A stretch of 64,000 nt of DNA from a virus (taxonomy: Duplodnaviria; Caudoviricetes): positions 1 to 64,000 of IMG/VR virus record IMGVR_UViG_3300028374_000002; one strand, 5' to 3'. Position 1 is the first letter of the stretch, and every line of letters starts with the position of its first letter. Shown here piece by piece: positions 30,085 through 40,620 of this stretch. Both the position numbers and the translations under genes were made by a program. Below the pieces are notes generated by a model, which worked only from the letters and a program-made list of their open reading frames with translations, ran no database searches and was not told the DNA's origin.

Positions 30085-30695
30085 AGTATTTAAATAATTT
30101 TAAAAAAATATTCTTCACTAGTGATCCTATACCTTACAATATAATGTGTATGGATGATAATTATGTGATAGTTAGTAGAAAACTAGACTTAAAACAGGAT
30201 ATAGACATCTTACAACATAGTGTAGATATGGATGCTTATATTAGCTTAGAGGATGCTTACAGACACAATAAGGACAATCCCATATATTCTATCATAGACA
30301 GGATTAATGAAAAAAGAGGAACTGATAATTTAGTATTTAGAGTAACAGATTATTTTGATACAGAAAGTTGTATAAAATGCTTGTCTGAACTAAATAGTGG
30401 TGTTGTGTCTATATCAAGGAGAACAGAGACATATCTAGATATTGACATAGAGAAAACATTGAATATAAATAAAAAGTTAATAACTTACGAACAAGCAACC
30501 GAAATATCATTAGGTGTGAAATGGAAAACAAGTGAGTGTACAGAAGGCTCATCTTGTTGGTGTAGAATCATAGAGCCAATTATAAAAATAGAAGACCAAA
30601 ATGACAATGAAATATATATAGCAGGTAGTGGATCTATTCCTAAAGGATATGCCGAACACTTAGTTGAATTACATAATAAATCTTTAAATAATTAA
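30081..30695 (+). CDS. Hypothetical protein
   Basis: ORF; C-terminal C-x5-CWC. Confidence 0.7.
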   Translation: MKYLNNFKKIFFTSDPIPYNIMCMDDNYVIVSRKLDLKQDIDILQHSVDMDAYISLEDAYRHNKDNPIYSIIDRINEKRGTDNLVFRVTDYFDTESCIKCLSELNSGVVSISRRTETYLDIDIEKTLNINKKLITYEQATEISLGVKWKTSECTEGSSCWCRIIEPIIKIEDQNDNEIYIAGSGSIPKGYAEHLVELHNKSLNN

Positions 30696-30698
30696 TCT

Positions 30699-31097
30699 AT
30701 GGCAAATTTAAAAGAGGTTGCAGATGCAATGTTTTATAAAAGACATGTATGGGATAAAATATCTGATGAAGATAAGGAGATTAATTTTTTTATATTCAAT
30801 AGATACTTTTCAAAGAAATATCCAGAAAGGTCTTTTTTATTTAATAACAAGAACATAGATAAAGTAAGTTCTATGAATATATGGTATGCTTTTATGGGTG
30901 GTAAAACTTATCCAAAGTGGTTTTGGAGTAAGAATATACCGAATGGCAATAAAGAGAAAGTTTCTAAAAAAGACTTTGAAATTTTAATCATTAAATTAAG
31001 AATAAAAGAGGTTGATTTGAAATATCTTATAGAAAATCATTACGAGTTCGTAAAAGAAGAGTTAACACACTGGAAAAAATTAGAAAAACAGAATTAA
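30699..31097 (+). CDS. Hypothetical protein, possibly gp62-like clamp-loader small subunit
   Basis: FFIFNRYFS..KWFW loosely resembles gp62-like proteins; weak. Confidence 0.3.
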   Translation: MANLKEVADAMFYKRHVWDKISDEDKEINFFIFNRYFSKKYPERSFLFNNKNIDKVSSMNIWYAFMGGKTYPKWFWSKNIPNGNKEKVSKKDFEILIIKLRIKEVDLKYLIENHYEFVKEELTHWKKLEKQN

Positions 31098-31101
31098 GAA
31101 T

Positions 31102-31632
31102 ATGGAAAATAAAATGAATTGGTATATAGTTAGAACTATGTCAAGTAAAGAAAATACTGTTAAGGATAGACTAGACAGAGAAATAATTGATGGTGTCTTA
31201 AAAGATAAAGTAAAAGATGTTATAGTACCTATGGAAACCATTTTTACAATAAAGAGTGGTAAGAAAAATAAAAGAGATAGAGTTATGTTCTCTGGTTATG
31301 TCTTTGTTAGTTGTAATGACCTAGGAACATTAAAATCAGAACTGAACAGTATTAGTGGTGCTTCTGGATTTCTTAAATCTAGATCTGGTGAAGTACAAAA
31401 ACTATCACAGATAGAAGTTAATAGAATGATTGGTATAGAAGAAAAATCTAAACTAGATGATGTAGATAATCCATTCGTAGTTGGTGAAGATGTTATTATA
31501 ACAAATGGTCCATTCAATAGCATGAGGGCTATTATTGATAAGATTGATAATAATAAAGTAAAACTATCAGTACTCATATTTGGGAGAAAGACACCATTAG
31601 AATTGGATATAGGACATATATCTAAAAATTAA
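31102..31632 (+). CDS. nusG: Transcription factor NusG
   Basis: WYIVRT..KE, FSGYVFV, KOW GEDVIITNGPF, IFGRKTPLEL. Confidence 0.95.
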   Translation: MENKMNWYIVRTMSSKENTVKDRLDREIIDGVLKDKVKDVIVPMETIFTIKSGKKNKRDRVMFSGYVFVSCNDLGTLKSELNSISGASGFLKSRSGEVQKLSQIEVNRMIGIEEKSKLDDVDNPFVVGEDVIITNGPFNSMRAIIDKIDNNKVKLSVLIFGRKTPLELDIGHISKN

Positions 31633-31634
31633 TT

Positions 31635-31665
31635 AAAAAACCTCTGATAATTTAGAGGTTTTTTT
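31635..31665 (+). terminator. Intrinsic terminator
   Basis: aaaaaacctct / agaggttttttt. Confidence 0.8.
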
Positions 31666-31733
31666 AATTAATTTACATTTTGGCTCTATCTCACAATGTT
31701 TTTTTAATATATACTATAAAATATAAATTAATT

Positions 31734-31976
31734 ATGGAAGAACAAGTGAATTATTTTAAGAAATTTTACAATGCAGTTAAGACTTGGGTTGTGAAGAATG
31801 GACTAACTGGTATAGGCGGACTTGCTGCTGGTGTTTTATTATTTATATTTGGATATAAATTTTATTCAGGTGTAGCACTTGGTGTTTTTGCAACCAGAAA
31901 CTGGGATATAATTGTAGACTATATAAAGTCTCTTTTTAGAACTGATGAGGAGGATAATACTGATGAAGAGAAGTAA
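31734..31976 (+). CDS. Small membrane protein (start reassigned to MEEQV)
   Basis: Gly-rich hydrophobic segments; TAATATATA at 31705. Confidence 0.65.
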   Translation: MEEQVNYFKKFYNAVKTWVVKNGLTGIGGLAAGVLLFIFGYKFYSGVALGVFATRNWDIIVDYIKSLFRTDEEDNTDEEK

Positions 31977-31992
31977 ATAAAATACATAAGAT

Positions 31993-32541
31993 ATGAAAAT
32001 ACAAAGATTTAGTCAATATTCGGAAAAGTTAAATGAGATGAATGATACACCAGAGAGTTATATAGCCACAGCACTTAATAAGCTTAAAAGAAAAGTTGAT
32101 AAAATGTTTGCATATTTGGATGGTAAAACACAAGGTGGTAAGATATTAACACCAGAGGGCTTAGAAAAAGTAGATCCGAAAGATATAACGTTTAAAGATT
32201 TAGGACTTCATTTAGATAGTTCTGAGGTCTCTAAATATTCTAAGTTATATGACTCATTTACTATAAAGTTTAGAGATGCTAACAACGCATATACAATGAT
32301 TGTAATGATTGGTGTTGAGGAGGCTATGCCTGAAGAGTCAGAAGAACAATTTGGACAAGATAATATAGAAAATGCTTATATAAAATTTAAGAAGTATGGT
32401 AGTGAGGGTATGGACTTAATTGGACAAATGGATAAAAATGTGAAAATAAAAGATATTGATGAAGCATTCTTGATAGATTTGAAGATTGAACTAGATGATG
32501 AGTATGATGAAAATGAGGATGAATTCGAAATACAAACATAA
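31993..32541 (+). CDS. Hypothetical protein with CTS-like leader (MKIQRFSQYSEKLNE)
   Basis: ORF. Confidence 0.8.
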   Translation: MKIQRFSQYSEKLNEMNDTPESYIATALNKLKRKVDKMFAYLDGKTQGGKILTPEGLEKVDPKDITFKDLGLHLDSSEVSKYSKLYDSFTIKFRDANNAYTMIVMIGVEEAMPEESEEQFGQDNIENAYIKFKKYGSEGMDLIGQMDKNVKIKDIDEAFLIDLKIELDDEYDENEDEFEIQT

Positions 32542-32549
32542 ATTAAAAT

Positions 32550-33053
32550 ATGGTTATACACGTAGTTACAAACATGCAAATAATAAGTAGTATATCAAAA
32601 TCTAAATACTTTGCTAAGAATTTGGGTTTTGTCTCAACAGTAGAAAAAAATGGAAAAAGAATCCCTAATGATAAAGATAATTTCTCACATCGTTATATGA
32701 ACTTATATAGATCAAGTATATATGCACAGGGTAACGTAGGGAATATAAAGTTTTATACTGACCACTACATAAATGACCAAGTTATGGCAGTTTATTATGG
32801 TGAAGAATTAGAAGAATTTATATTTAATTTTGATAGTGAATTTGTTACAAAGAAAGGCATTGACTCTTTTCTAGGGAAGATACTCAAAGAACTAGAGGAA
32901 AGATATGAAGAAAGGATTAAAACAAAAGAAAGCGAAAAAGTAGTAGAAAAGCCTAGGGGTAACTCTGATAAAATATTTAGTAATCCTGGTGATGTTACCT
33001 ATGAAGATTTAAAAGAGTACCTTCGAAAGAAAAAAGAAGAAAAAGAAATGTAA
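32550..33053 (+). CDS. Hypothetical protein
   Basis: ORF. Confidence 0.75.
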   Translation: MVIHVVTNMQIISSISKSKYFAKNLGFVSTVEKNGKRIPNDKDNFSHRYMNLYRSSIYAQGNVGNIKFYTDHYINDQVMAVYYGEELEEFIFNFDSEFVTKKGIDSFLGKILKELEERYEERIKTKESEKVVEKPRGNSDKIFSNPGDVTYEDLKEYLRKKKEEKEM

Positions 33054-33056
33054 ATT

Positions 33057-33092
33057 AAAAAACCCCTCTTAAATTATTAAGAGGGGTTTTTT
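33057..33092. terminator. Bidirectional terminator
   Basis: aaaaaacccctcttaa / ttaagaggggtttttt between convergent genes. Confidence 0.9.
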
Positions 33093-33109
33093 GTAATTAC
33101 ACATATTTA

Positions 33110-34978
33110 TTATTTGACTTCTTCAAAATCCACGTCCTCTGTATCATCAGATTCATTCTTTGTGGTTTCTTCCTCATTATTATATAATTTTGAACTTATA
33201 TCATTCCAAGATGTATTGAGTTTTTCAACCTTTTCATCTATTGCCTCTGCTTCTTCTGACTTATACGCATCTTTGAGTTCGTTTAAGCTATTGCTAAGGA
33301 CTTCTTTATCATCGCTTGATAACTTATCATCAAACTCTTTTAACTGCTTCTCTGTTTGGAAAATAAGCGTATCTGCTTTATTCATCTTATCGACTTTCTC
33401 TTTCTCTAGGTTATCAGCCTCTGCATTTGCCTCTGCTTCTTCTTTCATTTTGCTTATCTCTTCCTTAGAGAGTTGGGAACCACCTTCAATTCTTATTTTA
33501 TTTTCCTTACCAGATGCCTTATCTTTAGCAGATACTGATAGAACACCATTTGCATCAATATCTAAAGATACTGTAATCTGTGGAACTCCTCTAGGGGCTG
33601 GCAAAATGCTATCTAGATGAAATCTGCCCAAAGATTTATTATCTTTAGCCATTGGTCTTTCACCTTGTAAGACATGTATCTCAACACTTGACTGGTTATC
33701 TGATGCAGTTGAGAAGGTTTCTTCTTTTGATGTTGGTATAGTTGTATTGCCTTCAATTAGTTTTGATAATATCCCACCCATAGTTTCGATACCTAATGAT
33801 AGTGGTATAACATCTAATAAAAGAACATCATCTATACTTCCTGTTAGTACTGCTCCTTGTATAGAAGCACCAAGTGCTACAACTTCATCGGGATTTACCG
33901 ACTTATTAGCCTTCTTATTTAAAAACTTCTCTAGTGCTTCTTGAATAGCTGGTATTCTTGTTGAGCCACCAACTAATATAATCTCATCAATATCTGATGG
34001 ATTTAGTTTAGCATTTTTAAGTGCAGACTTTGCACAATCTATTGTTCTTTTAACTAAATTAGATGTTAGTTGTTCAAATTTAGCCTTTGTCAAGGTTTTA
34101 ACAAAATGAAGTGGTCCAGAATTACTTACCGTTATATATGGAAGATTTATTTCTGTTGTACTTGAAGAAGATAACTCTACCTTAGCCCTTTCCCCCGCAT
34201 CTTTTAGCCTCTGTAAAGCCATTGGATCTTTAGACAAATCAATAGAGTTTTCTTTCTTAAAGTCATCTACCATCCAATCAATAATAGCATCATCAAAGTC
34301 ATCTCCACCTAAGTGTGTATCACCATCAGTTGACTTAACCTCAAATACACCATCTCCAATTTCTAATACCGATACATCATGTGTCCCTCCACCGCAATCA
34401 AACACTAGAATCTTAGAATCTGCATCTTTCTTATCAAAACCATATGCTAATGCGGCTGCCGTTGGTTCATTAATAATTCTCTCAACCTTTAAACCCGCAA
34501 TTTCACCTGCCTCAATTGTTGCAGTTCTTTCAACATCTCCAAAATATGCAGGTACTGTGATTACTGCTCTAGTCACTTCTTGACCTAAAAAGTCTTCTGC
34601 TGTTTTTTTCATTTTCTGTAAAATCATTGCAGAAAGTTCTTGTGGAGTAAAAGTTCTATCACCTATCTTCACACTAGGTACATCATTACCACTGCTTACA
34701 ACATTGTATGGTACTCTTGATACCTCCTCTTTTAATTTTGAAAAGCTTTTACCCATAAATCTCTTTATAGAATAAATAGTATTCTCTGGGTTAGTTACTG
34801 CTTGTCTCTTAGCAGAGTCTCCCACTTTTCTTTCACCATCACTTGTAAAGGCTAGTATAGATGGTGTTGTTCTTTTTCCTTCTGAATTAGCTATGATTTG
34901 TGGTTCACCACCTTCAACAACTGAAACACAGCTATTTGTAGTACCAAGGTCAATTCCGATAATTACGTCTTTTTTCAT
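33110..34978 (-). CDS. dnaK: Hsp70 chaperone DnaK (start reassigned to [16 protein letters not shown])
   Basis: [42 protein letters not shown]. Confidence 0.98.
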   Translation of the reverse strand: MKKDVIIGIDLGTTNSCVSVVEGGEPQIIANSEGKRTTPSILAFTSDGERKVGDSAKRQAVTNPENTIYSIKRFMGKSFSKLKEEVSRVPYNVVSSGNDVPSVKIGDRTFTPQELSAMILQKMKKTAEDFLGQEVTRAVITVPAYFGDVERTATIEAGEIAGLKVERIINEPTAAALAYGFDKKDADSKILVFDCGGGTHDVSVLEIGDGVFEVKSTDGDTHLGGDDFDDAIIDWMVDDFKKENSIDLSKDPMALQRLKDAGERAKVELSSSSTTEINLPYITVSNSGPLHFVKTLTKAKFEQLTSNLVKRTIDCAKSALKNAKLNPSDIDEIILVGGSTRIPAIQEALEKFLNKKANKSVNPDEVVALGASIQGAVLTGSIDDVLLLDVIPLSLGIETMGGILSKLIEGNTTIPTSKEETFSTASDNQSSVEIHVLQGERPMAKDNKSLGRFHLDSILPAPRGVPQITVSLDIDANGVLSVSAKDKASGKENKIRIEGGSQLSKEEISKMKEEAEANAEADNLEKEKVDKMNKADTLIFQTEKQLKEFDDKLSSDDKEVLSNSLNELKDAYKSEEAEAIDEKVEKLNTSWNDISSKLYNNEEETTKNESDDTEDVDFEEVK

Positions 34979-35031
34979 ATATTTATTATTTTTTAGTATA
35001 AATAGCCAATAAATATGCCATTTGTTTTTAC

Positions 35032-35046
35032 ATGACAAAATGTCAT
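35032..35046. promoter_or_regulatory. Palindrome upstream of dnaK, operator-like
   Basis: Perfect ATGACA-AAA-TGTCAT about 55 nt upstream of the start. Confidence 0.45.
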
Positions 35047-35176
35047 ATTTAACTGACTATGTGTTATATAATCAAAAGTTATAAAGTTTAGTAGTTTATA
35101 ATTTTACCTTCTTGTGTCTATGTCTAAATCTTTTTCATTATCAAAATTATCTTCAAATAGTTTAATATATTATGTG

Positions 35177-35200
35177 AAAAACATGCAACATCATGATATA
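35177..35200 (-). repeat. Dispersed 24-bp element, copy 2
   Basis: Exact reverse complement of 17288-17311. Confidence 0.85.
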
Positions 35201-35305
35201 TAAATAATAATTAATTAATATTCACGTTAAATAAGCAATATCAATCACTATTCGTGGTAAGTAACTATTATTCATACGACATATATAATAAATAATATAT
35301 ACTGT

Positions 35306-36565
35306 ATGAATAATTATTTAAAACGATTTAAAACTTTTGAACTAGTTACCTCTCGTGATGAGTTAAATAGCACAAGAGATAGAAGGTCTAGCCTAGTAGA
35401 ACCAGCACTCATGGAACTAGAAGACTATCTAGAATTACTAGGTGCTAACAAGCAACATCCCTCATCTGCGTATCAATTTAACCTATCCGATTCGGAAAAA
35501 TTTGAAAATAAAGACCTTTATGACTATTTGAACACAAAAAAACATGGCTCTGTGTCAGTAAAATACTATATTAGAAATGATAAAGAGCATAACAATTCCT
35601 ATGTTAAAACAAATGATGAAGGTCATGTAGTACGTGATACAAAGGGTATGGCAGTTTATTTAAATAATGATGAATTAAAGGAAAAAGACCTATTAAATAA
35701 ATATGATAAGAATATAGTAGCTATTCATAATGATATTATAGTTGGGTCTGCTCAAGATGAATGGGGTTGTGTCTTAGTGTATGTGGTTGATGAATTTAAA
35801 GGTATAGGGATAGGTCAAGAATTAGTTGAATATTATAGAAAGATATACCCTGATAAGGTATCTGGAGGCACAACAGAGGATGGTTACAAGAACTTAATTA
35901 AATACTATAAGTATCAAGTTAAATTATACCTAAGAAATGGCATATATTCAGACATGGTCAAAAATGGTGATATTTCTAAAGAAAAAGTCAAGAAGATAAC
36001 AGATAGTGTAAAGGGAACGAAATACACCAAATACAAAGATACTATTTATAGTAAATATTTAAATATTGATAGTTATAATAAAGCTTTTGTTTATTCTGAT
36101 GGTGATATTGTATTAATAAATGATAAAATACTAGATTTCTATAATGATTATGATGGAACTGGTAAAGACTTTTATGAAAAATTCGTGTTTGGACACTCAC
36201 ACATTGTAGACAATGAGTATAATCAAAGATTATACTTTATAGAGGGAAAAAGCAATAAAGATATAGAAAGTGTTATAAAGCATTCACTATGCTTTATAAA
36301 TTCATATTATAAAAAAGATTTTGCTACATATTTTGTAACAGAGAATACATCTGACATAGTTAGAAAGTTTTTCAAGAGTATTGATAAAAATACAGATTTT
36401 AAAGTAGAATGGTATGAGAAAGACAGATGTAAAATATACTTTGACAAATGTGACTCTCTGAAAAAAGATTTATTAACAGGAACTAAATGGTTCTATTCTT
36501 TAGATGATAAATATGATGAAATAAAAAACCAATTAATAGAGAACGTTTACTCAACATTTGAATAA
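35306..36565 (+). CDS. Protein with CTS-like leader and internal GNAT-like motif
   Basis: MNNYLKRFKTFE; VYVVDEFKGIGIGQELV resembles GNAT motif A. Confidence 0.6.
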   Translation: MNNYLKRFKTFELVTSRDELNSTRDRRSSLVEPALMELEDYLELLGANKQHPSSAYQFNLSDSEKFENKDLYDYLNTKKHGSVSVKYYIRNDKEHNNSYVKTNDEGHVVRDTKGMAVYLNNDELKEKDLLNKYDKNIVAIHNDIIVGSAQDEWGCVLVYVVDEFKGIGIGQELVEYYRKIYPDKVSGGTTEDGYKNLIKYYKYQVKLYLRNGIYSDMVKNGDISKEKVKKITDSVKGTKYTKYKDTIYSKYLNIDSYNKAFVYSDGDIVLINDKILDFYNDYDGTGKDFYEKFVFGHSHIVDNEYNQRLYFIEGKSNKDIESVIKHSLCFINSYYKKDFATYFVTENTSDIVRKFFKSIDKNTDFKVEWYEKDRCKIYFDKCDSLKKDLLTGTKWFYSLDDKYDEIKNQLIENVYSTFE

Positions 36566-36569
36566 TAAT

Positions 36570-36830
36570 TTAGTTATTAATCCATTTAAGTATTCTTCTT
36601 AAAAATATAACCTTGCTATCTCTATATGCATTATTTCGCTTATCAAGCTTATGTCTTGTTTCCCCACTTAATTCACTTTTAACCCAATTGGCTATATCTA
36701 ATCTATTTTTTTGAAATAGTGAAATTTTTTCATTATGAAGTTCCATTATATTACTAACTATCTCATCAACATTTGACTTTTGGTCATTAAGTTTAATCAC
36801 TTGTTCTTTTATATTTTGTTCTATACTCAT
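36570..36830 (-). CDS. Hypothetical protein
   Basis: ORF. Confidence 0.65.
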   Translation of the reverse strand: MSIEQNIKEQVIKLNDQKSNVDEIVSNIMELHNEKISLFQKNRLDIANWVKSELSGETRHKLDKRNNAYRDSKVIFLRRILKWINN

Positions 36831-36848
36831 TCTTTCTATATTAAAAAA

Positions 36849-37529
36849 TTAATTAAATACTTCTTCATAGACTTCAACATTCTTAATCTTAAATCTTAGT
36901 TTGAATCTTTTTTCACCAGCACCTAAAATAAGTTCAACCCAGTAACCCCTAATTTTTTTAGCTAGACTATATGTAAAGTATACTCTGTCATCTACTTTGA
37001 ACCATACCATCTGTTCTCCCAAAAATGAGAATCTTATGGACAGATACTCTCCTTTGTTATCAGAGAACTCACCCTTACTATTTACATATTTTAGATTAGC
37101 TGAGTGATACCATTTACTCACAGTATTAGGTCTAGTTACCTCACCTACTTGGTGGATAAGCTGTGCATCACCTACTCTTGGTTTGAATATTTGATAGTGA
37201 TTCCAAGCTGGGTTTCTCTGTGCAGACCACATATAAGATAATTTAAATCTATTCCAGGGCGTGGTTGGATAAAGGTTTTTCGCAATGAAAAACCATTCGT
37301 AACCTAAATCATTAGACTTACCATCATTAAGATATATCCATAGTGGAAGAGCTATAAATCTTAATAACATATTATTTGATTCATGATACATCCACCTTAA
37401 CTGTTTTCTTAGAAGATAAGCTAGTGGATATATCACTAGTGCAGTAACTGCAAAAAACCCTGATACTATCATATTTATTAAATATTCTAGTATTGATAAT
37501 GTTTTAATTTTAATACTTGGTTTATACAT
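36849..37529 (-). CDS. Putative membrane protein
   Basis: N-terminal hydrophobic helices; WSAQRNPAWN. Confidence 0.7.
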   Translation of the reverse strand: MYKPSIKIKTLSILEYLINMIVSGFFAVTALVIYPLAYLLRKQLRWMYHESNNMLLRFIALPLWIYLNDGKSNDLGYEWFFIAKNLYPTTPWNRFKLSYMWSAQRNPAWNHYQIFKPRVGDAQLIHQVGEVTRPNTVSKWYHSANLKYVNSKGEFSDNKGEYLSIRFSFLGEQMVWFKVDDRVYFTYSLAKKIRGYWVELILGAGEKRFKLRFKIKNVEVYEEVFN

Positions 37530-37608
37530 ATTGTTTCCTTTTTTTTAGTATATATTAATTTATAATTAGACAATAGTCCAACCTTATGTACAAATTGTTT
37601 ATAAAATA

Positions 37609-37815
37609 TCAATTGGAATCAGAGTTTTTTAATTCTTCAACTAAAGATTTAACATCATCGAATTCTATATATTTACCGTAAACCCATTCTGTCTTTGTAC
37701 CATCTTCTTCTATATCAAAGGCTTTAAATTGTAACATATCTAACTTTTCGATAACATCAGACACTTTTAATTTTTTATCTTTTTCCTCTTTCATTTTATT
37801 ATTTTCATTATTCAT
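37609..37815 (-). CDS. Hypothetical protein
   Basis: ORF; TATATTTG at 37851-37858. Confidence 0.65.
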   Translation of the reverse strand: MNNENNKMKEEKDKKLKVSDVIEKLDMLQFKAFDIEEDGTKTEWVYGKYIEFDDVKSLVEELKNSDSN

Positions 37816-37923
37816 AACCTCTAATTATATTATTGTTTCTAATTATAAAACAAATATACATCAAATAAATATATTATTAAGTAAAATCATTAGATATATT
37901 TATTTTATATAATTCACCAAGTC

Positions 37924-38118
37924 TCATATATTTCTATAATGGTTATACTTAATTATTATTTCACCATCAACTGAAAACTCATCTAATATTGTTTCTAAAT
38001 TATTATTAAGATATTTTACAGCTTCTATTATATCCTTAAATCCTAAATCTTTATAAACCTCATCATATCTTTTATCGGGTGTCTCTTGATACCATGTTTT
38101 CAATATTATTTCGTACAT
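37924..38118 (-). CDS. Hypothetical protein
   Basis: ORF. Confidence 0.6.
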   Translation of the reverse strand: MYEIILKTWYQETPDKRYDEVYKDLGFKDIIEAVKYLNNNLETILDEFSVDGEIIIKYNHYRNI

Positions 38119-38309
38119 TATAAAGTGCTTTTTAATTTATTAATCAAATCATCTATTTCATAAGAATCAACATATTCCCCATTATCGTTATTTTCACGTT
38201 CTGTATCAATGCCATACTCACCCTCTCGATAATTAGTTAAATCGAATCTTTGTAACTTATTTAAAAGTATTATAACACTATGTGTACTATATTCTTTTTT
38301 ATCATCCAT
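38118..38309 (-). CDS. Hypothetical protein
   Basis: ORF; similar in style to 37609..37815. Confidence 0.6.
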   Translation of the reverse strand: MDDKKEYSTHSVIILLNKLQRFDLTNYREGEYGIDTERENNDNGEYVDSYEIDDLINKLKSTL

Positions 38310-38323
38310 TCTATTAATGTTTA

Positions 38324-38467
38324 TTAATTAATATTTCTACCACATTTTAAACATAGTGATCTATATCCATTTGTCTGTATTATATCATCTTCTGGGTGAT
38401 CACATAATTTTAATTCAGTATGACTCTTGCTATTTTTTTCTTTAATAAATTCTTTAGTCTTATTCAT
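38324..38467 (-). CDS. 47-aa Cys/His peptide, not in ORF track
   Basis: MNKTKEFIKE..LCDHPE..CLKCGRNIN. Confidence 0.45.
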   Translation of the reverse strand: MNKTKEFIKEKNSKSHTELKLCDHPEDDIIQTNGYRSLCLKCGRNIN

Positions 38468-38608
38468 TTTATTCTATTAACTAGGTTAAAATACATTTCT
38501 ATGGGGTAAATATAGTTTAATTTACCTCACTATGGGTAAATTACATTTTGATAGCATAAAATATACTGTTTATGAATTACCATATGTGCTATACAACAAG
38601 TTATTATA

Positions 38609-38947
38609 TTAATTCTTTAAATAATTAACAATCTTAATTGGATTAATTGACTTATTCTTCGTTACAAATGTTGATAAATCACCCACTTTACGCTTAATAT
38701 CATCAATTATATCACTAGAATTAGCACCATCAGGATACTTATTACTAAACCAATCTTTATCCGATATCATTGTATTAACTCATGTTTGTAAAGTCTCAAT
38801 ACCATACTCATCTAATCCTAGTGACGTTAAATACTTATTCTTTGGCATTGGACTACCATGGTGGTCTCCTTTGAATTGTGAAACAAGATCATAATTTTCA
38901 TTTATGAATAATGTAAAGTTTTTTATCTTGCTCTTTGGTGTTTCCAT
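38609..38947 (-). pseudogene. 112-codon gene with one in-frame TGA at codon 56
   Basis: METPKSKIKNFTLFINE...LQT*VNTMISDKDW..., open for 56 more codons; TGA at 38780-38782. Confidence 0.55.
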
Positions 38948-39049
38948 CTATCTTATTATTTTACCTTTATATATAAAATAATAAAAATACATAACCCAAT
39001 ACTATTTAATTATATCCCAACTTTATGTATAGCAAGACTAGGTAATAAT

Positions 39050-39292
39050 TTATCTATTTATCTTCCATTTATCTAATTCTTCATGGGTACACATTTTATT
39101 AGTAAGTCTGCAATGTTCCGAAAATCCTAATACCTCATCAGTAGTAAACAAATCTTTATTAGATGAAACGTTTAAATTAATTACTTCTTCTAGACAAACT
39201 ATATATTTTGAAGTTCGTATTGGTATATTAGGTTTGTCCTTATCTGAATACGTTTTCCATTCACTTAAACTTTTCCCTCTCTTTTTGCTCAT
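39050..39292 (-). CDS. Hypothetical protein
   Basis: ORF. Confidence 0.6.
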   Translation of the reverse strand: MSKKRGKSLSEWKTYSDKDKPNIPIRTSKYIVCLEEVINLNVSSNKDLFTTDEVLGFSEHCRLTNKMCTHEELDKWKINR

Positions 39293-39307
39293 GTCTATTA
39301 ACTGTTT

Positions 39308-39634
39308 TTACTTATGTCTATTAACTGTAGTCCAAAAAGTGCTATTACACTTTGTACAATGCTTGGTATGTTCTATACAATGTCGCCCTTTACAATTAGG
39401 ACAAGTTGGTACATTTTTTTCACTTTTAAAGTCATGTATATTTAAGGCATTTCTAACTATCTGTCTCATTTCATTAGGTCCTTCTTTGTGATCTGGTAAC
39501 CCATACTCATAGGAGTCATATATTAAAGCATACTTATCCAAGTCAGAAACTATTTTATCCAATACATTTGGGGATATGCGACTTATGATATCGCCTATAT
39601 GCAATTCTTCACCATTTTCATTAAATATTTTCAT
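39308..39634 (-). CDS. Hypothetical protein with C-terminal Zn finger
   Basis: CPNC..HCTKC. Confidence 0.65.
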   Translation of the reverse strand: MKIFNENGEELHIGDIISRISPNVLDKIVSDLDKYALIYDSYEYGLPDHKEGPNEMRQIVRNALNIHDFKSEKNVPTCPNCKGRHCIEHTKHCTKCNSTFWTTVNRHK

Positions 39635-39654
39635 ATGTATATTTTATAAATAAA

Positions 39655-39861
39655 TTAAAGCGTTTCTCTGTAATCACTTATCAAATCACTTGAATACCAA
39701 GTGCTTACTAAAAGACAATCACCACTTTTTATAAGCGAGTATTTATCTTCATTATTTTTAGCAAATTCTATAAACCCATCATACCTAAATAACTTCCTAT
39801 CATTTCTCTTTGATGATAGTTCAGAATATCTTTTTGATATTTTTTCTATTGAATGTAACAT
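39655..39861 (-). CDS. Hypothetical protein
   Basis: ORF; TATGTTTG at 39887-39894. Confidence 0.65.
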   Translation of the reverse strand: MLHSIEKISKRYSELSSKRNDRKLFRYDGFIEFAKNNEDKYSLIKSGDCLLVSTWYSSDLISDYRETL

Positions 39862-40170
39862 ATTCGTATTTTAGTATTTATAACAACAAACATAAATCAT
39901 GCCTTTATATCTCTTTTTAAATCTAAGTACTCATTCACAAAATATAAAGTCTAAAGTCTTTGTTTTTGGTGTTGATTTACTCCCCACACGAACATATTCA
40001 CATATTAAAATAATTTCTTATAAATAAAACTTCATAATTCTAGTATTTATATTTAATTAGTGAAAATATTATTTGCTATTGGGTTTTAGTAAAATTTGTA
40101 TAATCTACTCAATATATATTGTATAAATGATAGTTCTAATTTATTTCCAATAGTCTCATATCTACTTGTT

Positions 40171-40500
40171 TTAGTTATGCTCTATAAATTTTTTCGCTAA
40201 TTTATTGAGTCCAGTATCATCTTCATTTATTTCAAACTCACCTCTAATAAAGTCATAGTTTCTAAGCATATGACCACAATAACTTTCTGAGTTAGCTAGT
40301 TCATTAAGCCAAGTCATATAATCTAAGGGCTTGTCATTATCTTCTATATGTTCTGTTCTTAATAAAATTATTTCCATAGACCCATGTCCACTTAGTAACT
40401 TTTTTGTTAAAGCGAAATCCTTTATAGTTCCTTTAAACTCTTTCTTAGTTCCCCATCCAAATTCGGGAAGTTTTTGAAATAGACTAATTAAGTTTTCCAT
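40171..40500 (-). CDS. Hypothetical protein
   Basis: ORF. Confidence 0.65.
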   Translation of the reverse strand: MENLISLFQKLPEFGWGTKKEFKGTIKDFALTKKLLSGHGSMEIILLRTEHIEDNDKPLDYMTWLNELANSESYCGHMLRNYDFIRGEFEINEDDTGLNKLAKKFIEHN

Positions 40501-40620
40501 ACCTATTTTTTGTTATGTATAATAACAAATGTTATTAATATTTCTTTATACATCAAAAGTAATCATTATCTATAAGACATACAAGCTTATGTCTAACTAT
40601 TTATGATATTGATTCAAAAA

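Noticed and set aside
34997-35004. T4 late promoter TATAAATA
   Set aside because: Single copy on the strand opposite dnaK, expected by chance in AT-rich DNA. The recurrent motif here is TAATATATA.
35161-35181. dif-like XerCD site
   Set aside because: Only a partial XerD-like arm (TTATGTGAAAA) with the wrong spacer length and no XerC arm.
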